The translations under genes were made by a program, and so were the position numbers. The notes beneath the pieces were generated by a model. That model saw only the letters and a program-made list of their open reading frames with translations, searched no databases and was not told where the DNA came from. 64,000 nucleotides of DNA from Podarcis melisellensis (taxonomy: Eukaryota), in NCBI GenBank assembly GCA_964234715.1, contig OZ174279.1; one strand, given 5' to 3'. Below are positions 53,100 to 62,072 of this stretch, one piece after another; positions within the stretch are counted from its first letter, which is position 1; each line of letters opens with the position of its first letter.

Positions 53100-54300
53100 C
53101 ACTGAACCGCCTTGGTTCGCTATTCCTGCAGCCGGCCTCTCCCTAGAGGTGAGAAGCGTGCTCTGAGGCGCGCCGTTAGCTACCCCTCAGGTCTACGGAG
53201 GCCCCAGCCTAGAAAAGTAGGTCAAACCTCAAGGCAGCGGACCACAAGCTCCTCCTTCTCCACAGATGTGCAGCGAGGCGGAAAGTCGGCGGTGGAGAAG
53301 CCTACCGCTTTCGTGCGCTTACGCAAGACTCCGCCCCTTGCGCAGCGTTTAATCAAACAAACCCCCCGTGGCTACGCTCTGCGCTTGCGCCTTAACCCCC
53401 GCTACTTTGTTTATTTCCCCTCCCGCGTGCGCAGTAGCCTCCTACGGGGTCCGTTCAGTAGCTACGCATGCGCTCCAAGGCCGCTGCTCAGAGCTGCCGT
53501 TGCTCGCCTGCGCAGTGGGCCGCGATCTCGTTTTCGCGCGTGCGCATTGACACGCCCCTCCCCCTGCCGGTCCCTCGCGCCTGCGCGGTTAGGTAGTTTT
53601 CTCAGCCGCCCTTCCCCCACGTCCTTTTCGTTCGCTCAAGCAGCTGCTTTGTTGGACTGCTCGCCCCTGCTCCCTTCGCCTGGCGCGCGGTGGGAAGGAG
53701 GTGGAGCCGCACGTGATCAGCAGCAGCGGCCCCGGTTGGCAGTCGAGCGAGCAGGGCGGTTGGTTCCGGCTCGGACCGGTTGGGGCTGGTTTTCCCCGCG
53801 CAAGCGCAGCCCGCCCCGGTTAGAGCGCAGGGAAGGGCGATGGCGGCGGACGGGAGTCCCGGAGCAGGCCTGGCGGGGATGGTCGACGAGGCGCGGGGGG
53901 AGCCTCAAGGCACACCTGGCCCCAGCCCTGTGGCTGCCGTCGCCTCGCCCAACGAGGCGTCCCCGGCGAGACCCGACCCGGCGGGCCCCGAAGCGGATCC
54001 CGACAGCGGCTCCGGAGCTGTGGGCAACGGGGGCCTTCGGCGGTTCCTCTGCGGCGTCGTAGAAGGTAAGGGGAGAGCGAGGGGCTGCGGGGCCGGGCGA
54101 ATTCGCGGTCGAGAGCGAGGAGGAGAGGCCGTAGCCGAAACAAAGCATCCCCGCCTCTCCCTCCAGCGCCGTCTCCTCCTCCTCCCCGCTCCATTTTCTT
54201 CTGGCTCCGCCCTGGGAATGAAACCTGGCGGCGGAGGGTTAAAACCGTTTGCTCTCCTGCGGTAAAGGCGAAGCTGCCCCTTTCAGTGCATCGGCCTTCC
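53100..54300 (+). promoter_or_regulatory. OGA: OGA CpG-island promoter with clustered NRF1-like sites (e.g. 53380-53390, 53464-53473, 53536-53546, 53577-53586) and E-box CACGTG (53710-53715)
   Basis: Very high GC/CpG density against a CpG-depleted background; repeated GCGCNTGCGC-like motifs. Confidence 0.85.
53840..54065 (+). CDS. OGA: OGA (MGEA5, O-GlcNAcase) exon 1; second in-frame ATG at 53879
   Basis: Ends RRFLCGVVE G|GTAAG as in vertebrate OGA; which ATG is used is uncertain. Confidence 0.9.
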
Positions 54301-54524
54301 AATTCGCTGAATTTAAATGCTGCAAACTTCCGAGCCACATGTTGGTTCTTCCGTTCCCTGGTTGGTTCTTCAAGTACCAGTGTTATGCTGCTGCCTAGAC
54401 TAGGAGTGGGAACCTGTAGCCTGCCCCCCCCCCCAGTTGTTAGAGTCCCACCAGCCCTAGACAGTATGATCGTTGGCAGGCTGTCATGGGAGATATGTCC
54501 CACATAATGCTCATGGGGTCTTGA

Positions 54525-55485
54525 CTGGCAGTGAGTCACCAGGAACAAGACCTTGGGGTCATAGTGGATAGCTCAGTGAAGATCTCAGCCCCATTGTGCA
54601 GCAACTGTGAAAAATGCAAATTCCATGCTAGGGATCATTTGGAAGGGATTTTAAATAAAACGGCTGATATCATAATGCTGTTATACAAATCAGTGGTGCA
54701 ACAGCTTTAGGAATACTGAATACAGTTCAGGTCACTTCACCTCAGGAAGGATATTGCAGAGTTGAGAAAGTTTCATAAACGGTCATCCAAAATAATCAAA
54801 GGGGTTGGGAAACTCCCCTTTGAGGAAAGCATACAACATTTGGGATTTCTAGTTCAGAGAAAAGGTGAATAAGAGATAGCATGAAATTGTATAAACTATC
54901 TGTGATTTGGAGAAAGTGGATAGACAAGTTTTTCTTCCTCATACTTCTGGTACTAGTGAACATCCAATGAAGCTGAACATTGGGAGATTTAAGACAGTCA
55001 AAAGAAAGTACAGTATTTTTCCATGTATAAGACTACGTTTTTTTCCTTTAAAATAATGTCAAAAATTAGGGGGCGTCTTATACACAGATACATCTTCCCC
55101 CTTTTTCTTAAATCTGGGTCCCCAAAATAGGGGGCGTCTTATACATGGGGTGTCTTATAGACGGAAAAATACAATACACACAGTGCATAGTTGAACTATG
55201 GAATTTGCTCCCATAGGAGGCAATAATGGCCACCAACTTTGATGGCTTTAAAAGAGAATTAGATAAATTAATGAAGGACAAGGCTATCAGTGGCTGTGAT
55301 CCATGATGGCTATGTTTTGGCTCCATTATTGGAGGCATATACTTCATACTGTTTGCTGGAAACCGCAAGAGGGATAAGTCCTCTTGCTCTTGGGTCCTGC
55401 TTCTGGGTTTCTTGTAGGCATCTGGTTTGTTGCTGTGAGAACAGTAGGATGGACTAAATGGTCTGATCTAGCAAGCTCTTATGTA
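54525..55485 (+). mobile_element. Degenerate CR1 LINE 3' fragment, interrupted by a MITE
   Basis: Decayed RT C-terminal coding sequence (gaccttggggtcatagtggatagctc...) and CR1 3' UTR; boundaries approximate. Confidence 0.75.
55011..55174. mobile_element. Tc1/mariner-type MITE nested in CR1
   Basis: Imperfect TIRs CAGTATTTTTCCATGTATAAGAC / GTCTTATAGACGGAAAAATAC; TA on both flanks. Confidence 0.7.
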
Positions 55486-56909
55486 ACCTGTAAGGTATCA
55501 TGTTGGCTACCTCTGAATCTGGAGAGGTGGACCTGCAGGCTTATGAAAGGCGTGTTCCTTCAGCTTGAAGATATAATCTTGTTCACAGTTGGTGGTAGAG
55601 GAGCATGCATGAATTTTGATCTAGCATAGATTTAAGCTGTGAATATCAGCCTAAATCTAAAGGTTGGTGGTTTTTTTCCACCCACACAGTAGGTGTTGTT
55701 AGCTGTGGTGTTACATGATTTTTTTCTGTGGCATGTTGTAGGTTTGTGGTTTTGATGAGATCTCAATATGGAAAAGGAGGTTTATTTACAGCTTGATTAA
55801 TATAGAAAAGGGGTAGCTAATGTGTCGCCCTCCAGAAATTTTAGACTGAAATTCCCATCATCCTTGAATATTGGCTATGCTGGCTGGGACTGATGGGTAT
55901 TGGTATCACATTGGCTATCCCTAGATATACACACTATCTGTATGTGTGCCTACTTTGTGGGAGAATTGAGAAGTCAGATGGCTACCAGATGTTGTCAGGA
56001 ATTAAATAGGTTTATTAAATCAGTCATGATTTGTGTATATGCAAAATGCCTCTTCTAAATAGCAACTTCTATTACAAGGTGTATATATTGTCTCATGCCA
56101 GTCATGTTTGCACTTTTGTGAAAGTACAGCCAGGCACAGACATAACTCCCCCAAACCCTTTGTTCCTGGAGTGAGAAGCTTGTAATGAAAACTGCCATAT
56201 TGATGGTTTTGGCAACCGGAGAAGAGCATAACAGCTTCCCACGCTGGCAGTTGTCTGAGTATTTTTGCAGGCACTGTCGGGGGAGGGTTCATTCTTACCC
56301 TCCTTACAATCATGTTTTAAAACACTCTAGCTCCACTTCTGATTTAATGCTTTGCTTCAGGGCTTAAGTTGGGTTTTAAAAAATGTGAGCTCAGGAGGCT
56401 ATTATTTTTGACTGGGCTAGTAGCCTTGTAAAAACTTGTGGTTGCCAGGACCCTGCCTCTCCCCTTGTCCCTCTCCCCAAGTTACTGGAATAACATGATT
56501 GTGAATTGGCTGTTTGTGAATGGGCACTTGCTGAGATGTAACGTTCAGGACCTGTGTGCATTTTTCTGTGAGTTACCCAGGTGCATGGATTCCATTGGTA
56601 ACAGATTTGGAAAGGCGGCTTGTGTCATAGTCACTATGATGGCAGGCCTCGTTCACATCAGGGAAATGAACTGAGTGTACATTAGAACAGATTTTCAAAA
56701 GGTCATACTTTGCTCCAAGAAATGCATTCCAGTAGTGCTAAACAGGACATAAGTTCCAACATGTATCATGCATACAGGTTTGATCTCGCAGCATTTTACA
56801 CTGCCGTACTTGTTTATATGTAGCGCTTCAGGCACTACTTAAAGGAACAACTGAGGCCTATTTATTTCAAACCCACTAGATGCAGCTTTGGACAGCTAAC
56901 TTGTACAAG

Positions 56910-57676
56910 TGTCAGGGTTTCTGGGAGAGAGGAGGAGATGACAGAGGAGACGGAGAGCGAGTGGGAGGAGGGGCAGAAGGATGAGGAAGAAGATGACGGA
57001 ATTCTGAGGGAATCCACGAGTCTGAGCAGCGAGTCAGAGGATTCTCAAAAGGGGGTTACCTTAATCAAGCAAAGGGGAGGAGAAGGGAGAAGCGGAGAGG
57101 AGCCCAGTGGAAGACAGAGGAAGCAAGAGACGTCTCAGCCGGAACGGAGTAAAGGGGGTGGAGTCGTCAGCCTCTCGGAGGGAGCAGGATTAGGAGAGAA
57201 CAGAGAGAGGGGGTTGGAGCAGGGTGTTCAGCCGGAAAGGGTGGAGAGCAGAACAGGGGGTGGTGTAGCGGTCGAAAGAAAGGTCAGCAGCAACGTACGC
57301 GCGCCAAGTTCAAACGTAGAGGCGCGCGGAAGTGGAGAGAGCTCAGGGGAGGAGCCCGGCCCTAAAGCCAGAAAGAGGGGGGAAGAGGCGGCAGAGGATT
57401 CAGCCTCAGGCGAGTCACGGAGAGAGGGAACCCAGGGGGGCAGGAAGACCCTGCGGAAAAGAAAGGAGAGGAAGAGGTGGTCTAGAGCCAGGCTATTAAG
57501 TTGGTGCGGAAGAGGGGAGGAGTCAGAGGGGACTTCAGCGGTCTAACGTGGCAGACGTACGGCCACAATGCTGAACTGTATGAGAAGCAGAAATCTTCAA
57601 TAAACTTTTCCTGTAAATAAGCTGCAACGGAGTGAGGTCTCTTGTGAGCTGGGACCCGTCCTGGGTGGCCGTGACA
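56910..57676 (+). repeat. 5' LTR (TATA-like TATTAA 57494-57499, predicted TSS 57525, AATAAA 57599-57604)
   Basis: Direct repeat of 58006-58772 with no differences seen by eye; terminal inverted TGTCA/TGACA. Confidence 0.93.
56938..57546 (+). CDS. Hypothetical 202-aa U3-encoded ORF (acidic N-terminus, basic C-terminus), 5' LTR copy
   Basis: ORF track; uninterrupted; no recognised homology. Confidence 0.35.
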   Translation: MTEETESEWEEGQKDEEEDDGILRESTSLSSESEDSQKGVTLIKQRGGEGRSGEEPSGRQRKQETSQPERSKGGGVVSLSEGAGLGENRERGLEQGVQPERVESRTGGGVAVERKVSSNVRAPSSNVEARGSGESSGEEPGPKARKRGEEAAEDSASGESRREGTQGGRKTLRKRKERKRWSRARLLSWCGRGEESEGTSAV

Positions 57677-57678
57677 GT

Positions 57679-57689
57679 AAGTCCCCTCT
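57679..57689 (+). other. Self-priming primer-binding site AAGTCCCCTCT
   Basis: 2 nt after the 5' LTR; exact reverse complement of AGAGGGGACTT at 57525-57535 inside the LTR. Confidence 0.85.
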
Positions 57690-57696
57690 CCCAAAG

Positions 57697-57880
57697 CAAA
57701 AATTTTTTGCGTTGCTCACCGCCTTAGATTGGCCAAAGGACAGTAAACCGGTCAGAGATCTTTTTTGGGAGGGATTGAGCCCCCCCATCAAGGATGAGAT
57801 CGCTAGGGGGGACAGACCCCAGACCCTAGAAGACGTGGTGCACCGGGCTTTAGCTATTGGAATTCGACATGAGGGGCGTC
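57697..57880 (+). pseudogene. Gag (capsid C-terminal-like) remnant KFFALLTALDWPKDSKPVRDLFWEGLSPPIKDEIARGDRPQTLEDVVHRALAI
   Basis: L-D-W...F-x-E-G-L-S-x-x-I-K-D-E...P-x-T-L-E pattern resembles Ty3/Gypsy sushi/PEG10-type Gag; no pol sequence present. Confidence 0.7.
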
Positions 57881-58000
57881 CGTGGCACGAGGAGGACGGG
57901 CCCCAAGCGCGTGCGCAAGCAAGGACTCTCCCTTTTGTGCACAGGGACTTCAGCCGTGCGCACCCCTCGCCAATGGGGAAGGGGGGGCTTCGAGGGGGGG

Positions 58001-58642
58001 ATGGATGTCAGGGTTTCTGGGAGAGAGGAGGAGATGACAGAGGAGACGGAGAGCGAGTGGGAGGAGGGGCAGAAGGATGAGGAAGAAGATGACGGAATTC
58101 TGAGGGAATCCACGAGTCTGAGCAGCGAGTCAGAGGATTCTCAAAAGGGGGTTACCTTAATCAAGCAAAGGGGAGGAGAAGGGAGAAGCGGAGAGGAGCC
58201 CAGTGGAAGACAGAGGAAGCAAGAGACGTCTCAGCCGGAACGGAGTAAAGGGGGTGGAGTCGTCAGCCTCTCGGAGGGAGCAGGATTAGGAGAGAACAGA
58301 GAGAGGGGGTTGGAGCAGGGTGTTCAGCCGGAAAGGGTGGAGAGCAGAACAGGGGGTGGTGTAGCGGTCGAAAGAAAGGTCAGCAGCAACGTACGCGCGC
58401 CAAGTTCAAACGTAGAGGCGCGCGGAAGTGGAGAGAGCTCAGGGGAGGAGCCCGGCCCTAAAGCCAGAAAGAGGGGGGAAGAGGCGGCAGAGGATTCAGC
58501 CTCAGGCGAGTCACGGAGAGAGGGAACCCAGGGGGGCAGGAAGACCCTGCGGAAAAGAAAGGAGAGGAAGAGGTGGTCTAGAGCCAGGCTATTAAGTTGG
58601 TGCGGAAGAGGGGAGGAGTCAGAGGGGACTTCAGCGGTCTAA
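58001..58642 (+). CDS. Hypothetical U3-encoded ORF, 3' LTR copy; extends to a strong-Kozak ATG at 58001 beside the PPT (213 aa)
   Basis: Same frame as ORF 57857..58642; gggATGG context; stop is followed by AATAAA at 58695. Confidence 0.4.
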   Translation: MDVRVSGREEEMTEETESEWEEGQKDEEEDDGILRESTSLSSESEDSQKGVTLIKQRGGEGRSGEEPSGRQRKQETSQPERSKGGGVVSLSEGAGLGENRERGLEQGVQPERVESRTGGGVAVERKVSSNVRAPSSNVEARGSGESSGEEPGPKARKRGEEAAEDSASGESRREGTQGGRKTLRKRKERKRWSRARLLSWCGRGEESEGTSAV

Positions 58643-58772
58643 CGTGGCAGACGTACGGCCACAATGCTGAACTGTATGAGAAGCAGAAATCTTCAATAAA
58701 CTTTTCCTGTAAATAAGCTGCAACGGAGTGAGGTCTCTTGTGAGCTGGGACCCGTCCTGGGTGGCCGTGACA
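58006..58772 (+). repeat. 3' LTR (AATAAA 58695-58700)
   Basis: Direct repeat of the 5' LTR, preceded by the PPT and followed by the TSD. Confidence 0.93.
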
Positions 58773-58946
58773 ACAAGTTTACCTCTTTAGTTCTTACTGT
58801 GCCCTAATTAAAGTTGCTTAACAAATGTATATAATGAATTATTAAACTAATAATTATTAGTTTATTATGGCTTAGATGTTGCACTTGATATTTTGTTAAG
58901 AAGCAGCACAATATTTGAAACTGTCTACCATCAATATTTCCCACAG

Positions 58947-58998
58947 GATTTTATGGAAGGCCTTGGGTTATGGAACAGAGAAAAGAGCTTTTTAGAAG
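58947..58998 (+). CDS. OGA: OGA exon 2 ([18 protein letters not shown])
   Basis: GH84 GFYG motif; canonical splice sites; 52 nt. Confidence 0.97.
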
Positions 58999-60200
58999 GT
59001 ATGTGGCATTGTATACTGTAGCATTCTAATACATAAATTTTGGGGAGGGGGGCTTATTGGGTCATTGTTTTTGTTTTGATTTTATGTATTTGATATTTTT
59101 GTGAACTGCCCTGAGTCCTTTGGGTATAGGGTGGTATACGAAATACAGTAAGTAAGTAAGTAAGTAAGTAAGTAAACAATAACAATTAGTCGTAAAAATA
59201 AAGAATTTGTTTAGTGCAGAATTAAGGCATAGGTTTTGAAAACTAAAGTATGGAAGGAGAGGAGGAGCCAAAAGGTCATAGAAAATTGACTTGATTTTTG
59301 CTTTCAGTGACTGTTCTAAGCTAACTCATAATAAATCAAATCAAACCTCTGAAATTCAATTTCTATGCCGTTTTTCATTCAAATGAATCCCAAAGTGGCT
59401 TCAGTTAATAATAGTGTGATAAAACAATACAGATGCAGTATAAATCATATAAAGTAATTAACAAATCATCAGCAAAACAATTGCTATATATAAAACACTG
59501 TTAACAAAGCAACAACTAATAAGCTAAACATCACAATTAAAGCAAAAGTAATATATGATTAACAAATCAATACAACATGTAAACAATTTCAACAATATTA
59601 TTAAAATAAATAAGCAGAATCCAGCAAAAATCATTTATATACCACTTAATATTTCAAAAGCTCTGAGCAGCGTTTTTAAGTTAAGAAAATGAATAGTGTC
59701 CTCCAGTTTCCAAGCATATCACAATCAATATGTCAATTTATTTTGCAACAAACTTATGGGCATTGGAAAATAGAATAGCACCAATAATAGATTTATAGTG
59801 ACTTTCTGTGTTATATATTGAATTTCCTTGAAAATTATCTGCCAGAATGGTTGCATCTGCACACTTTCCCACCACATAAGATGCACTGTTCATACCACAG
59901 TCCCTCCAGCAAAGCAGTTTCCCAGAATGTACTACCACCTGAAAAAAACCTTGAAGTAACATTTTTAAAGAAAAATAACAAAAAGTAGAAGCTTGTAGAA
60001 CATAAAGCATCTAACCATGGTCACAGATTTAGATTTGTATATTTGGTCCTCTTATTTATCTTCCTTATTTGTTCAGGTGTACCATTCTTGCTTTTTCTCC
60101 CTGGGGCGTTGCAGAACTTGCATGGTACTCTTGGCTATACAATTAAGCAATGCAGATTTGTACAATGTATTTCAAACAACATTTTAATTTTGCTTTGTAG

Positions 60201-60298
60201 ACTTCAGAAATGGGGACTGAATGCATACCTATATGCACCAAAAGATGATTACAAGCACAGGATGTTTTGGCGAGAAATGTATTCTGTGGAGGAAGCTG
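60201..60298 (+). CDS. OGA: OGA exon 3 ([32 protein letters not shown])
   Basis: YAPKDD motif; canonical splice sites; 98 nt. Confidence 0.97.
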
Positions 60299-60560
60299 GT
60301 AATTAACTTTATTGCATTTTTAAATATCTATATTCATTGAATTACAGTTGTTTCCACATTTGGATGGTAAATTAAAAGTGAAGTTGAGAGGGGTAAGCTT
60401 TTTGTTGTTTTAATTAGAAGATGCATTAAATAACTCTTAGAGGTTTTCCTGCCTAGCTGGATGAGAGAAAATCAGTGTTCTGTTAAAGTACACACAGATA
60501 ATTTTTTAATATCCTCCCCAACCCAACAGTCCAGTTATGGAACTCAAGACAGTGTACATA

Positions 60561-60618
60561 GGATTCTTAGGTGGTCCTCCCATCCAGTCACTGGCCATAG
60601 CCAGACCTGCTTAGCTTT
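60561..60618 (-). repeat. 5S rRNA-derived fragment (SINE3-like head or 5S pseudogene piece)
   Basis: Minus strand AAGCTAAGCAGGTCTGGCTATGGCCAGTGACTGGATGGGAGGACCACCT resembles the 5S internal promoter (A box to C box). Confidence 0.55.
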
Positions 60619-61595
60619 AACAAGGTTGCTGCATTATATCACCTTGAATGATGCCATGGGATGATCCCTTTGCCTCAATGCTAGGGAGAAAGAAGACATA
60701 TTCAACAGTGACAACCCACAATGCTTCATTAATGGAGGAGAGAACAATGCCTGTGCTCCTAACTGACTTAGTTTCTTATTATATCAGCCTGGTACAGATA
60801 TAGCACAGTCTTTTCTCTTCTAACCCTGGTTCATGTGCTCAGCATTTTCCCCACCATCATCATCATTTCCTCCAATTCTTTCATTTTCAGAGCAAGCTGT
60901 GGTGCAGCATTACATTTGCACCAGCATTTTTGTGAACCACACTTTGCAAATCGATTTCTGTTGCAGCTGGACTGCCACTTCCCCACTCCCTTTCTACAGT
61001 GTCATCTACCACCTAGAGTCCTGTGGGACAGATTCCAGAAGAGAGAGGTTGGCTAGCAAAGACACCAGAGCCTGCTCCAGCCAGAATTGCTCCTGCCCCC
61101 TAAGTAGCCTGTGAAGAGGCTTTTGATGAGAAAGTTACATTAATGATACAACAACAATATTAAAAATATATTTCATTATATGCCACTTTGAAAATATTTG
61201 TATCCTGAAAGGTGGAATATAAATAATTGTAGTGGATAGATGTGATTTGTGCCTGACTACATTAGTAAAAATGCCATTGTAACACTGGATCTGCCCAAAA
61301 TATTTTAATGTCAAAGACAGAAGGAATCCTTTGTTCCAAATTGACATGTGCAACTTGATCCTATACATGCTTACTTAAAAGCAGATCCCAGTTTCCCCAC
61401 ATTTTACCGTTTGTGTGTGTGTATGGAAGAATCAGATGGAGGACTGAGTATGTTTTGACAAAAAATGTTAATTATTCATATTTCCTTGCCCCTTAAAAGT
61501 ATTTTTTGCCTGCATATATTGAAATGTATTCTGATTAATGAAATGCCTTAACTTCATAGTTGCTTGTTGCTAAAATAGTTGGCTTTGATTTCTAG

Positions 61596-61726
61596 AGCAG
61601 CTCATGACTCTCATCGCGGCTTCTCAAGAATATGGGATAGAATTTATCTATGCTATCTCTCCTGGACTCGATATTACCTTCTCAAACCCAAAAGAAGTTT
61701 CTACATTGAAACGCAAGCTGGACCAG
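61596..61726 (+). CDS. OGA: OGA exon 4 ([44 protein letters not shown])
   Basis: Homology; canonical splice sites; 131 nt. Confidence 0.97.
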
Positions 61727-61900
61727 GTATCTTATATTTATGTATATTATAATTTTAAACATAAATGAGAAATTGCAAAAACACTGGATAAAGGAAATAT
61801 GCCCCTACCTGTGTTGCACTCTAGGTGGGGTTACATTCCCTAGCTTTTATGTTGTACAATATTAACAAGTGTTAATATTTTTTCTTCTTTATCCTGCTAG

Positions 61901-62072
61901 GTTTCTCAGTTTGGCTGCCGATCTTTTGCACTGTTATTTGATGATATTGATCACAATATGTGTGCAGCCGACAAAGAAGTATTCAGTTCCTTTGCACATG
62001 CCCAGATCTCAATCACTAATGAAATCTTCCAGTATCTAGGAGAGCCAGAAACATTCCTGTTCTGTCCCACAG
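61901..62072 (+). CDS. OGA: OGA exon 5 with the catalytic Asp-Asp pair (ALLFDDIDH); gene continues beyond the window
   Basis: GH84 catalytic DD motif; canonical splice sites; 172 nt. Confidence 0.97.

Larger units (their letters stand above)
56910..58772 (+). mobile_element. Non-autonomous Ty3/Gypsy (Tf1/sushi-like) LTR retrotransposon, 1863 bp, in OGA intron 1
   Basis: Two 767-bp LTRs (56910-57676, 58006-58772), each TGTCA...TGACA; 5-bp TSD ACAAG (56905-56909, 58773-58777); 329-bp internal region with a Gag-like remnant; PPT GAGGGGGGG at 57992-58000. Confidence 0.93.

Noticed and set aside
53112-54548. Long ORFs over the OGA promoter (316 aa on +, 242 aa and 143 aa on -)
   Set aside because: Expected by-product of a GC-rich CpG island; Arg/Pro/Ala-rich with no recognisable domain.
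56910-58772. Identical 767-bp repeats as an assembly artefact or simple tandem duplication
   Set aside because: TG...CA ends, TSD, PBS, PPT and Gag remnant all fall where an LTR element predicts.
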